NCBI RefSeq assembly: GCF_964355755.1
Contig: NC_092674.1
Span: 28,272,001 to 28,336,000, forward strand
DNA from: Antedon mediterranea
Lineage: Eukaryota; Animalia; Echinodermata
Length of the DNA stretch: 64,000 nt
Direction: 5' to 3'
The notes under the pieces are model-generated. The model saw only the letters and a list, made by a program, of their open reading frames with translations, was not told where the DNA came from and searched no databases. Every line of letters starts with the position of its first letter. The stretch's first letter is position 1. The translations under genes were made by a program, and so were the position numbers. Below are positions 52,501 through 64,000 of this stretch, piece by piece.

Positions 52501-55500
52501 TGCAACAAGGTAAGCATTGTTGAATTTATTACAATAAAGATAGCAAATAATAAAATAAAGAAAATAAAAAAACAGCACTATGAGCACTATACATTGTTTA
52601 AGTTATTAAAAATTATCTGTTGATAATTTTTTTTTCATTTCAAATTTGGGGTTTTTAGTGTACGGTATTACATCACGTGTTCTTTTATTATTTTTACAGC
52701 GTACCTGCAAACAGGGTTATTATTCGACAAGGGCATTACGCTGAGAACTTTTACTTTATCATTTCTGGATCAGGTATAGAACACTCAATCAGTCAATAAC
52801 GATTAATAACTATGGTTAACATGATTAATTAACAGCTCTGAGACTTTCCTCAGTGCTCCCTTTTTATGTTTCACTGAAAGGAATAAATAAATAAAATAAT
52901 AATACCAAATATTGACCGGTTATGCGAAAGGACATTATAGAAAGTACATACGCATTACTTCTCATAGACCGCTTACTATTTATAGTCAATAAAGTCAAAA
53001 TCATAATATAGGAGCTATAGTAAATAGTGTTAGTGATCGTCAAACAAACGAAACTTTCAATATTTATTCCGCTGAGATTGATGAATAACTTGGCTGTCAC
53101 CTATCGATCTATCACACATCCATCACACAAAGGAAAGGTGTAAAGCTAAACTCGTTTAAGCGGCAGTGAGCAGGATAAATACAATGTCAATTGTAAACAT
53201 AGAAACCGAGGCGGTAATGTCTTAATTGTCGTTTTCCCCCAAGAGCTGGGAAAGAGCGTGACCCCATGGTTTTAAAAATATAATTTAAGCGAAGGACCTA
53301 AAGGTTAGTTCTTTCATATATAAACATATTGAATGACAACATATTATGTTGCCATTCAATATGCTTAAATATTGAATTCCTACACATTAAAATATTCGAA
53401 TAACACAATTTTTTTTTATAATTGTTACATTACACTGTATTATTCTATCTTTAAGAAGGTTGGATTCGCCACTTAAAATATTTGTTAAGGGCATTTGGGC
53501 ATAGATCTGCTCACAGCAGTCACATACAGTACCATTCATGAAATCATCTACCCTTGCGCACGTACTGTCCGCAGAAAAAGCGTGTGTCAATATAACATTC
53601 CGCGATGGATCGATTACGTAACTTACTGTTTAGAATAGCAGCTACTTCCTGCTAAATTTCTAATAATAATATATACTCTTTACCTCCTTTTCAGTAATTG
53701 TTACAATATTAGAACAGAACCACACGACGGGTGAAGCAAGTCTCCGAACTGCTGCTGTTTTAAGGAAGGGTAGCTCCTTTGGAGAGCTAGCGTTACTGCA
53801 CCATTCAAAGCGCACCGCTACGGTATCGAGCCAGGGAGCCGTCGAGTTGTTAGCAATTGGCAGGGACGACTTTTTTAGGATTTTTATGAGAGGGCAAAAA
53901 CCCGGCGAAGAACCCGAACACATTAAATTCTTAAGGTCAGAAATTAAAAATATCTTCAAAGCATATTTAAAATATTGTACTTACTGATTATATAACTGTA
54001 TTCGTATTATTATTTCGAAATAATCAATGCGACTACTGACTTATAAAAAACTAGAATGCGCATGCGTAATTGTTTTCTAAAGTTTAAAAAAAACGCATAA
54101 AATAATGGCTGCAATTTCGTAAATTAAACAAGAAAAAGCATAAACACAATAGCAAGTATTTTTTAAATATTTTTTTTTAAATTTACACGTAATTTGGATG
54201 AATGAATGATACAAAAATATCACTACCAAAGTTTATTTATTTTGTTTATTTTTATTTAAAGATATATTGTCCCCCTAAAAAAATATTAAAAAAAATTTTT
54301 TTTTGAATATGTTATTTTAATGTCACATAATAGTTATTCACTCTCACAAAAAATTTTTTCTTATGGAAGTGAACAACTTCATTAAAACTGCAAAATGGCC
54401 TATTCAAAGTCCGATTTTAAAAATCTTTATTTTTCATGATTTTGGGGGACAATACATCTTTAAATAAAAATAATTATTATATTTTGTGTTTGGTTCTCAG
54501 ACCGTTACCTTTTATGAAAGAATGGCCAACGGAAACATTGATAGAGCACCCTGAAATGTGCTTATTTCACTTTTACAAGTAAGTAAAGAAATATATAAAT
54601 ACTCATGTAGAAATTATACATTTCGGAAACACGCCGAACGTTTTGCAAGAGAGCTTTTTCAACTGAAGTTTATCTTAATTTTATTATGCTGTCGGTCGGA
54701 AGTTCGGCAACATTTCGGTGTCAATCAAAGAAATACAAAAGTAGGGAAAGCTCTCGAAAAAAACGGTAAAAGCACCAGCTGATTAATCTTAATCTGTAAA
54801 CATTTTTGTTTAAAACGTCATCATTACATCCTTTCCGAAGCTCATTTTTTTCCCCGAAATATTTAATTTCTGTAGACGTGGACAAGTTATTGTAAAAGAT
54901 AGCAACTCATCCGATTGGATTTACATTGTAAAATCGGTAAGTTGTAACAATTAAAACCCAAGTAATTTTGTTGATGTTCGTATAAGGAGATAAAATAAGC
55001 AACAATTATTGTAATGTTTTAGGGCATACCGTTAAAACTTAGTTCACACTAGGACGCAACGCAAGACGTAAGCGAAAAATATTTGACCAATCACGACGCG
55101 ATGGATTATCCGAATTGTCGCGTGTCGTTGGTCAATTCGCCTGCGTTGCGTGTACGCTCGTTCGCCGCGTCCAATGTAAATCGGGCTTAAGAATTTCTAG
55201 TTGTTTGTTTTGCAGGGCCGCGATGGACTATCCGAATTGTCGCGTGTCATTGGTCAATTCGCCTGCGTTGCGTGTACGCTCCGTTCGCCGTGTCCAATGT
55301 AAATCGGGCTTAAGAATTTCTAATTGTTTGTTTTACAGGGCAGTTGCCAAGTAATGAAACAACTCAAAGCTGTGAAACCAAAGATGCAACCATTAGAAAA
55401 GAAGAAGATTTCGTTACCAAAGATTCGAGATGATTTACAAAGTAAGGCTCTACATTACACAATACATATTAAATTATGTTATACAATATTGTTGTTGAGA

Positions 55501-58500
55501 AGCAACAGACTACCATACGTTAGTTATAGATACAATTTCAGTAAACAGCAAAACTCTATTACGGGGATACCTTCGATACGAAGTGTTCACTTATAAGAGC
55601 TGTCCCATGAATAAAGTAATGTATCGAAGAATCATTCGTTTCGCTGGAAATTGTCCTCTGAATAGGGGTGTACTCGGAGGTGTTCCCTGGAGGAGGAGGA
55701 TGAGTTATACTTCTACTTAGAAAATTTGGGCAATATTGAATCACGTAAAAAAACAACGATATAGGTCAATGATATAGTACAATAATCCAAAATCATTTCA
55801 GGATGCAATCTAGGAGTGTTAGTAGGCCTAATAACATACGGTGCACATCCCGTCTATATCCGATCAATGTGCAGCCACTTGACTTAAATCCGTCCGGGTG
55901 TCATCCGATTTGATACCATGCAAGCAAAGTGCGCTCGCTCTTCCAAAAGCGTGGTTCCCACTAGAACGCAACGCAACGAGGTATTGACGCAACGTGCTGT
56001 ATTGCGTAATCAGAAGTGGGAACCGACGACGCAACAGTGCTGCAAAAATCGCAGGTTTGATTTCACGTGGGCGGGGGCAAACACAATTATTAGAAGGGCA
56101 TTTTCTTCCGTTGCGTAGGTTGCGTTACGATTCGTCGCTAGTGCGAACCAAGCTTAAGTGAGGTACGTAGATCCTGCACAGCTTGGAAATAAATTTAAAT
56201 ATGTATATCTGAAAATTTTACTATGTTGTTTTACAGGTACATCGAGTACAGATGACATACCGGTGAATGCAACACGCACAAAGCTAAGATTTGACCGAGA
56301 CCACACTATACACAATTTACCAAGACCATCAATTGCAGAAAGCGACACAACCAGCGTAAGTGTTCATAATTAGGTTTATCGCAAATAGCGTGCGCGACGC
56401 ATGGTGGGAAGGGTTTGGGAGCAAACGTCACAACGAGTATGTCCGTGATTTGTTGTTTGTACGTACGCGTCGTGACGTTTGCTCCCAAACCTTCCCATCA
56501 TGCATTGTGCAATGAAGTTCCTCGGTAAACCACGCTATTTTTGATAAATCTTCATAAGGTAGTGGTCTGATAATACTAAAAAAATATTATGAAAAAAATC
56601 AATGACAATTATAACATCGTTTCTTTTCTAGATTTTTGATGATTTCAAAATACCTCACGATGTGTTTTTGACGCGATCTAAAACGGTAGAAAACATGTCT
56701 TATAACCAGTTTGACTCAAATAATAACATAGTTCCGAAGTTAGACCCAATGCGAGGGATTAGACCGACAAATAAATCGTATTCTAAGAGCAACTTTCACC
56801 TAAACAAGACGTTGCCAGGCGATGTAAGTATAGGTGAAGAAAACCACCAATAAATAATGAAATCCCCCAACAACGACGAGCTTAGAGTGTGACAACATCG
56901 TCGAAAAGATACTGTATCTTAGCACACGATACTGTACGAAAACCGAGCTTTCGTTTTAGGACGGCAGACGAAGAAGACGGCTGTGTAAAGTGGACGTAAT
57001 ACGTGTTGTCTTCTTCATCTGCCGTTCCGAAAGAAAACGAATGCCCGCTATTTAAGGATGACATGAACATGAAACAAACTCAGAAATCAAACTTTGTATA
57101 AAATACGATGTGCCAATAATATGGACCCGATGCCATACCATATTTGGTCATATCACTAGTCTGATAGTGTAAACAGAGGTTAAGAACAAATGCTATCAAG
57201 AAGGTCATGTCAGGCCTACATTGATAAGATAATACAGGAGGGGAATGGGCGTACGTTACAATACAATACATCACTTGTTAACCATTTGTTATGCTCGTCG
57301 TTGTTAACAGAATCTAAATGTTCGTTATAATAAATATACTGATCTGATTGGTCAATAGTCGTGTAGACTATTCCATTTTTGATTTTACACCAGTACGGTA
57401 CGAAGGAACACCAAGGGTATTATTCTTACTGTTACTTATATCAATCCACTGATCTGATTGGTCAATAGTCGTGTCGACTATTCCATTTTTGATTTTACAC
57501 CAGTACGGTATAAAGGAACATCAAGGCCTTTATTCTTACTGTTACTTATATAAACCCACTGATCTGATTGGTCAATAGTCGTGTAGACTATTCCATTTTT
57601 TATTTTACACCAGTACGGTATAAAGGAACACTAAGGCCTTTATTCTTACTGTTACTTATATAAACCCACTGATCTGATTGGTCAATAGTTGTGTCGACTA
57701 TTCCATTTCTGGTTTTACACCAGTACGGTATAAAGGAACATCATCAAGGCCTTTATTCTTACTGTTACTTATATAAATCCACTGATCTGATTGGTTAATA
57801 GTCGTGTCGACTTTTCCATTTCAGATTTTACACTAGTACGGTACGGAACACCAATATTATTTATACTGTTATAATACATCATTGGGATATTCGTCTTTGT
57901 TATTTTAGATGGACACAGGGTATATCAGAATATTAGAAAACAAATCAAAACCGTGTAACTCAGCAAGCGGTAAATTAGGTGTCGTCGTATTCGTGCACAT
58001 AGAGACTCTTCAGAGAAAAGATGTGTTTGTGAGTATTATTTCATATACATATATACATTTTTTCATACAACTAAAAAATACGGAACTTTCGCCGACGCGA
58101 TCATGTTCCGAATATGAGCACTGTTTCTATAACTTGACAGTATTATTTATATACATAATTATATACATTAAATGTCAACGGCAAGTACGTCAAACCAAGG
58201 AAGAGGTAATTTTACTCTTCTCTGATAACACATAACAAACTTGTCTTTATACAATATATTGGAATTTTGGTATTTGCAGGGAAATCATTTGTACAAACAG
58301 AAACTTATCAAGTGCGTGTTATTTCCATTAATAGAATATCGCTCATTTTTTTCATTTATAATAAGTCTCTTATAATATATTTTTTAGGGATTATCAACAA
58401 TCAGGCAAGAATTATTACACCCGCAGACTGGAGTAAGTCTCGTAAGTATTAGACTAAGGCTATACATCCATCCACTATTGGAGAGATGACGTAATGCATC

Positions 58501-58814
58501 ATTTACATAAATTCTAGGTCCTAGCAAATCCAACGCTTCCCATGCATTGGCTCATCACGTTTTCTTCTCTCTCATCCATCCAGGTCAGTAGAGGAGCCGA
58601 ATGTGTGATGATAAACAAAGAGTTCTTTATAAAACATGCAAGCGAACGGGTTCTCAGGAACATCAGGAGCATATGTAACCCGTATCCTTCTTCAAGAAGA
58701 CTCCAAAAACGTTTAGAACATCACGCTGTGTGGAACGAATTTAAAAACGAAGCTGTTGTCTCAATAATTCAAGACAAACGAAGAATGCGAGAACATACAA
58801 CAATTCATAAATAA
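49584..58814 (+). CDS. CNBD2: Gene C: CNBD2-like cyclic-nucleotide-binding domain protein, 15 coding exons, ~620 aa
   Basis: Exons 49584-49814, 50695-50768, 50981-51101, 51633-51707, 52300-52388, 52700-52773, 53695-53935, 54501-54578, 54876-54936, 55339-55441, 56237-56355, 56632-56823, 57909-58028, 58388-58441 and 58584-58814 sum to 1863 nt. Motifs RVIIRQGHYAENFYFIISG, FGELALLHHSKRTATV and VSRGAECVMINK. The first exon is the least certain, and the symbol is family-level only. Confidence 0.8.
55096..55341 (+). repeat. ~123 bp tandem duplication that includes a splice acceptor of gene C
   Basis: cgcgatgga.tatccgaattgtcgcgtgtc...ttgtttgtttt(g/a)cagggc occurs twice. Confidence 0.85.
57338..57852. 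repeat. ~110 bp tandem repeat, 5 copies, in an intron of gene C
   Basis: actgatctgattggt(c/t)aatagt starts at about 57338, 57448, 57558, 57668 and 57781. Confidence 0.9.
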
Positions 58815-59191
58815 TGACAATAGAAAATAATTTATGATCTAAAAAAGGACATTTTAACGCGGGTATTTAAAGCATTGATTTAGATATTTTTATAACCTCC
58901 ATTCAGTCAACCCCTAAAACTCAATCATCGTCGTACAACGAGGCCCGACGAACCGTCTCTTCGGGAGAAAATTAAACATGTTCAAAGTTCTCCCGACGAC
59001 ATAAACTCTACACCCGACGCTATTCCAAGACGCTATATCTCGTCGGGATTCAACTCAGACAGCACCGACGATTCGTCAGGCCTCGTCGTACGATGCTGTC
59101 TTTATAAGGGACACTTTGATAGGTCCAAAAGGTGTCCCCTTAATAGGGGTTTTACTGTACTTACACATACGGGAGTAAATCTACAATACTG

Positions 59192-62100
59192 TTACCGAGG
59201 AGAGTCGCCTTCCTTAGTTTTAGTTCTAATTTTATCAACTGATTTCATTAACGTAGATTTCTTAAACCGTTCCCATTCGGCGTTGAGATGGAATTGGTGT
59301 TGGAGCACATCTGGGCTAGGATATGGACGTATCTAATATGAAAAAGAAAATACGAAAAAAATACTTGATATAATGAGTAAATAAATGTAGACAGTCTCAT
59401 GAAATGTTGGTTGTGTGTTTGACTCCTGGACGATACCGTACATTGTATATGCGGATAATATAGAGTTAAAGCTATGTTATTGGAAATACGAATTAGGCCT
59501 ACGGTAGTTTTTTCAGATTAGCCGACTTGTTACATTAGCAGACTTGTTACATTAGCCGACTTGACACATTATAGTACTCAATCTGTATGGTGTCTTAACC
59601 TAATCTGTAAAGTGTTGGTTGTGAGTTTGAAATTAAATTATTATACTTGCCTGTGTATGCGGATATAGTGTTCGGACTACGTTACAAAAAATACGAATTT
59701 GTTTTCCCGAGTTCATCCGATTTAGCCGACCGAAGTTTACTGTCATTGTGTCTTAATTTACTCTGTAAAATGTTGGTTGTAAGTTTGACTCTTAAATAAC
59801 ACCGTACATTAAATGTTTATACTTTTCTGTCTATTCGGATATAAGGTTAGAAGGGCTATGTTGCTATAAGAAACACGAATTTGTTTTTCCCGAGTTCATC
59901 CGATTAGCCGACTTATACAGAAGTTTATTAGAAAAAACACACCTTATCGTTTTTTCAATATTGTGTAATGTGCTATCATTGTGTATTAATTTCTCTTAAT
60001 ACTTACCGTTCGTAGATAATGTTCCCGTAGATCATCTGAAAGGTGTTGGATAAAAAATCGCTTAGAGATTAAAATACACTCCGCTCCGTCTGACACAAGC
60101 GCCGAACACAAAGGAACTAGAATATCTTTGAAAATTAATTCCGCCATTCCCTAGCAAATTAAATTGTATTTCAAGTAAAAAATAGCGTCATAGTTTTATA
60201 ACCAATTTTTTATATAACAGTTGTATACTCGAACTATATAAAATATCGCCTCTATTAGTAGAAGGCCTTCAGTATTATTAAATATAGATATGTATTATTT
60301 TTTAATTGCCTTGCATAACTATTATACAGAAGATGAAACATTCTCAATTTAATTTTACATGGTTAAGTTTGGTTCACACTAGGACGTAAACGCAACGCAA
60401 GCGTGTTGACCAGTTCGAATAATCCATCGCTTGTGATTGGTCAAACTTACTTCCGCCGCGTTAAGTCCTTGTGATGCATCTCTTGTGGTGAGAACCAAGC
60501 ATTACCGCAAAGTTATTATTATATATATAGCAAGCTAGTAGTATAATTAAATACTTTCGGGTGGCCAAACAAAGTTTCCGCTGAATAGGGGTTGGCAAAA
60601 GTATTAAAACATATTATTGCCCCTCATTTTTTAGTGTTTCATTAATGGAGGTGTACACTGAATAGGGTTGCATGTACTCAACTTTTTTACTTCCAACTTT
60701 TACCTTATACTATTACTTACAAATATATCACCAACGTTAAGTTTCCCCAACTGGATATAGCAGCTCTGACATATTATATCTTCAGTTGTCCCTAATATGA
60801 AGAAATGGCAACTATAATATTTCAGAAGGCGGTTGTTACGTAACCAACGAAACATCGAGACTTTCTCAAAAACAAACTTTATTTATTTTTTGTACTGCAA
60901 ACTTTAGAACTAGAACGCAACGCAAAGATGTAAGCCGTGACGCGGATTACGTCATTGTGTTGCGTCCTAGTGCAAACTAAGCTTTACTGATAACCCAATA
61001 TTGTACTATATCGTAATCAGAAAATGACTGTAGTACATTTTTTACCAAATTTATTATGATTTCCCACAGAGCAGTCAATACACAAGGACGAGTCCAGACG
61101 TTGTAAAATTCGGCACGAACCCTATGAAACAAAAACAGGTTTTTTTTACCATAAAGGAACAGACAAGTGGTAACGATAGGCGGAAAACAGCGTAGCTTGT
61201 TCCACGTATAATCTGTATCTATCCTGAGCGATAAATGCCCGTCCGCTCCGTGTTGTGTGTAAATGGTCATATGGAATAACATTGATTCTATATTTTTATT
61301 ACCGTTGCCGCTCGTCTGTGTAAAATGGCCGTTATGCTTTTCATTTTAACTTGTTCGCATAATAATGTTCCGTTGTCAACAAAATGACGTTTTTACTTAC
61401 CGATTTGATTACGTACAACCATTTTGAAGCCACGCTGTCGGGTGTGATGATCTTCCCCCGACGAAAGTATGTAAATAAGCAAGTATTTGGTTTTTCGAAA
61501 GGTAGTTTATGAACTGGCCAATCAGAGAGTTGCTGGACAGTACGTAGGAATTCTATTACCTCAGGTGGCTGTTTGGTTTGAACGAAAATCGCCAAGAAAT
61601 CCTATAATTATTATTATAAAATATTAATTGGTTGACATAGAAAACGAGTAACATAAAACTAAGGAAACCACGATATGTAAAACCCTTATTTCCAATATTC
61701 TTTACAAATTATATAGTGGTATATACTAATAATACTTAGTTAAGCGTAACCTCACCTAAAACTAATGATTGAACTGAATAAAATGTGTAACTTAGTAAAG
61801 TATTTATATGTTTTTCTACATACCAAAAACTAATTTCTTCTAAATTTTCTTTTCAAGATAAAGACTTTTGTTTCCGAACCTAACACCTAGCAATTTGTAG
61901 ACTATACTTCTAATATAATTCTTATGGCCAATTTACACAGACAAGCGGTAACGGTAAGTGGAAACCCCGCTCCGCGTTGTCATAATAATATAGATTCTAT
62001 ATTTCTATTACCATTCCCGCTCGTCTGTGTAAATTGGCCTTAAAACTTGGTTCCCATTAAGCGTGGTTCCCACTAGCGACGCAACGCAAGGACGTAACGC

Positions 62101-63164
62101 AACGTAAGTAAAGCGTGGTTCCCACTAGCGACGCAACACAAGGACGTATACACGTGTATAATGTATCTTACCTCTCTGTCAATGGCGAGCAATTCAACGT
62201 TATTCTGGCACCTGACGCTTGCATTACGGGTAGCATGATGAATTAAAGCAAGCTCCTAAAAAATAATAATGCTGGCTCTAAAAATGTTCAATAGTCTATT
62301 TACCAGGTGTCCCATCTTTCCCATGATTGTTTAAAGCGTGGTTCCCACTAGCGACGCAACGCAAGGCCGTAACGCAACGCAAGTGGATTGACCAATCACA
62401 AGCGATGGCTTATTCGCTTGTGATTGCTAACTGTCTATAACTTCGCTTGTCATTGGTTAAAACGCTTGCGTTGCGTTTACGTCCTTGCGTTACGTTCTAG
62501 TGGGAACCAAGCTTAACGGCGCAACGCAACGACGTATTGACGCAAAGTGCTGCATTGCGTAATCACAAGTGGGAACCGACGACGCAACAGTGCTGCAAAC
62601 ATCGCAGGTTTGATTTCACGCAGGCGGGGGAAAACACAATTATTGGAAGGGCATTTTCTTACGTTGCGTAGGTTGCGTCGCTATTGAAGGAACCACGCTT
62701 TAAATCAGGTATATGTTTTCACAGAATAGATTTGTTCGTAAAGAAAACAAAGGCCTACCCCAAAACTGTCACCATTTCGTAGGAAAGCCACGTCATCAGT
62801 CCTCTTCTCGCCAGTAACCGGGTGTTTACTTGTGACATTCACAACTGCCGTCCCAGACAAGATTAGGTAAAACTGTTCGGCTCTATGTCCCTGGCGTATT
62901 ATCAACCTTCCTTCTTCAAAACTAGGAAAGATTATTGAAAATTATATGGAGATGATACCATATAAACTCTATTTTGTCGTCATAAAAGAACAAACAATAT
63001 ACTTACGTATGATACTTTTTAACTACTAAAGACGAATTCATATCGACGAGCGGTAACCATTTACACAAGGAGTGCGCAGCGGATAAGCGGTTCTCGCTAA
63101 GGATAGATACACCTTGAGCCTTGAGCCTTGAGCACTCTGGAGTGGTATGTGCGCTATACAAATC

Positions 63165-63196
<32 letters not shown>

Positions 63197-63780
63197 CAGG
63201 TTGTACGTGGAACAAACTACGCGGTTTTCCACTTACCGTTACCGCTCGTCTGTGTAAATTGGCCTTAAGACAGTAGGTCTAATTGCGTCAAGGACCAAGT
63301 CAGACGGTTGGCCCTGTCGCTGAAAGCTTAGTATATATACTTTGCGAAACATTCGTTTTTTAACCTAATACATATTGAAATACATACAGTACAGCACATG
63401 TTTTCCTATTGGTTTACCAGCCACTTAAGCGAGTTGACCAAGCGACTGTTCGAAAATCCCATTGCTTGTGATTGATCAAATCACTTAAGCTTGGTTCCCA
63501 CTAGAACGTAACACAAAGACGTAAACGCAACGCAAGCGTTTCAACCAATGACAAGCGAAGTTATAGACAGTTAGCAATCACAAGCGAATAAGCCATCGCT
63601 TGTGATTTGTCAATTCACTTGCGTTGCGTTACGTCATTGCGTTGGTCCCTAGTGGGAACCAAGGTTTAGTTTGTTCTTGCAAACTCACCTCTCAAACCAT
63701 CCTACTCGGACGATTGATTGCTGCATCTTGACGGGAAATTCCCTGAAGGTTGCCATACACATGTGTAAAGAAACCAGTGC
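59192..63780 (-). CDS. CNBD2: Gene D: second CNBD2-like cyclic-nucleotide-binding protein, 5' end outside the window
   Basis: Exons 63689-63780, 62759-62921, 62172-62255, 61401-61601, 61046-61121, 60721-60791, 60007-60150 and 59192-59332 (TAA). Motifs LIIRQGHRAEQFYLILSG, FGELALIHHATRNASV and LVSDGAECILISK; collinear with gene C. Confidence 0.82.
61922..62043. mobile_element. Short MITE with TIR GGCCAATTTACACAGAC(A/G)AGCGG
   Basis: The two ends are inverted repeats. Related half-copies at about 830-927, 61190-61331 and 63200-63268. Confidence 0.62.
62334..62702. mobile_element. Cluster of MITEs with TIR AAGC(G/T)TGGTTCCCACTA
   Basis: aagcgtggttcccactagcgacgcaacgcaag ... ctagtgggaaccaagctt. 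Relatives at about 37442-37567, 44684-44813, 55036-55160, 55947-56155, 60367-60500, 62046-62150 and 63487-63665. Confidence 0.72.
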
Positions 63781-64000
63781 CTAGAACAAAATATAAACAA
63801 TAATATACTCTGTCTTATAAAATAAAAAGACTATACAGTATTTACTATTGGTTTGTACATTTAGAAGTGTATTGTAGGTCATAATTGTTTTGTTTTTTTG
63901 TCTTGTGTGGGTTCGTCCCACTTTTATTATAGTTCTATAAATATAATAATATATGTATATATGCACATTTATATAATTCTGTTATTTATAAGGTACATTG

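Noticed and set aside
57338-57852. Regularly spaced repeats that superficially resemble a CRISPR array (also 4930-5995)
   Set aside because: The units are similar over their whole length with no unique spacers, there are no cas genes, and the context is a eukaryotic intron.

Overview
AT-rich, intron-rich animal genomic DNA. Gene content and repeats suggest a marine invertebrate, probably a deuterostome (inference). All gene models were built by hand from GT/AG sites and exon phases. (A) Minus strand 36129->1471: a 34-exon SVEP1/polydom-like secreted protein of about 2456 aa. Its N-terminal half is classic SVEP1 (signal, vWA, Cys-rich/GCC, 3 Sushi, 2 HYR, Sushi-like, furin site, 3 GCC, 6 EGF, pentraxin). 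In place of the usual long Sushi array it has EGF-EGF-vWC, 7 HYR and 3 chitin-binding type-2 domains. (B) Directly upstream, 46401->39795: an apparently intact, exon-shuffled paralog of about 792 aa. It has a MIDAS-mutated vWA, exon order 1-2-3-4-10'-11'-8-9-10-11, and it stops just before the furin site of gene A. The two share upstream non-coding blocks that contain kappaB-like sites. (C, D) Two convergent CNBD2-like cyclic-nucleotide-binding genes: + 49584..58814, and - 59192..>63780 with the 5' end outside the window. The introns carry many mobile elements: a four-deep nest of Helitron/Helentron-like elements, LINE RT fragments, Nin/Deu-type tRNA SINEs, several MITE families, a MITE-derived higher-order tandem array, and many TAGGCCTA/TACNGTA footprint-like insertions, one of them in-frame inside a coding exon.
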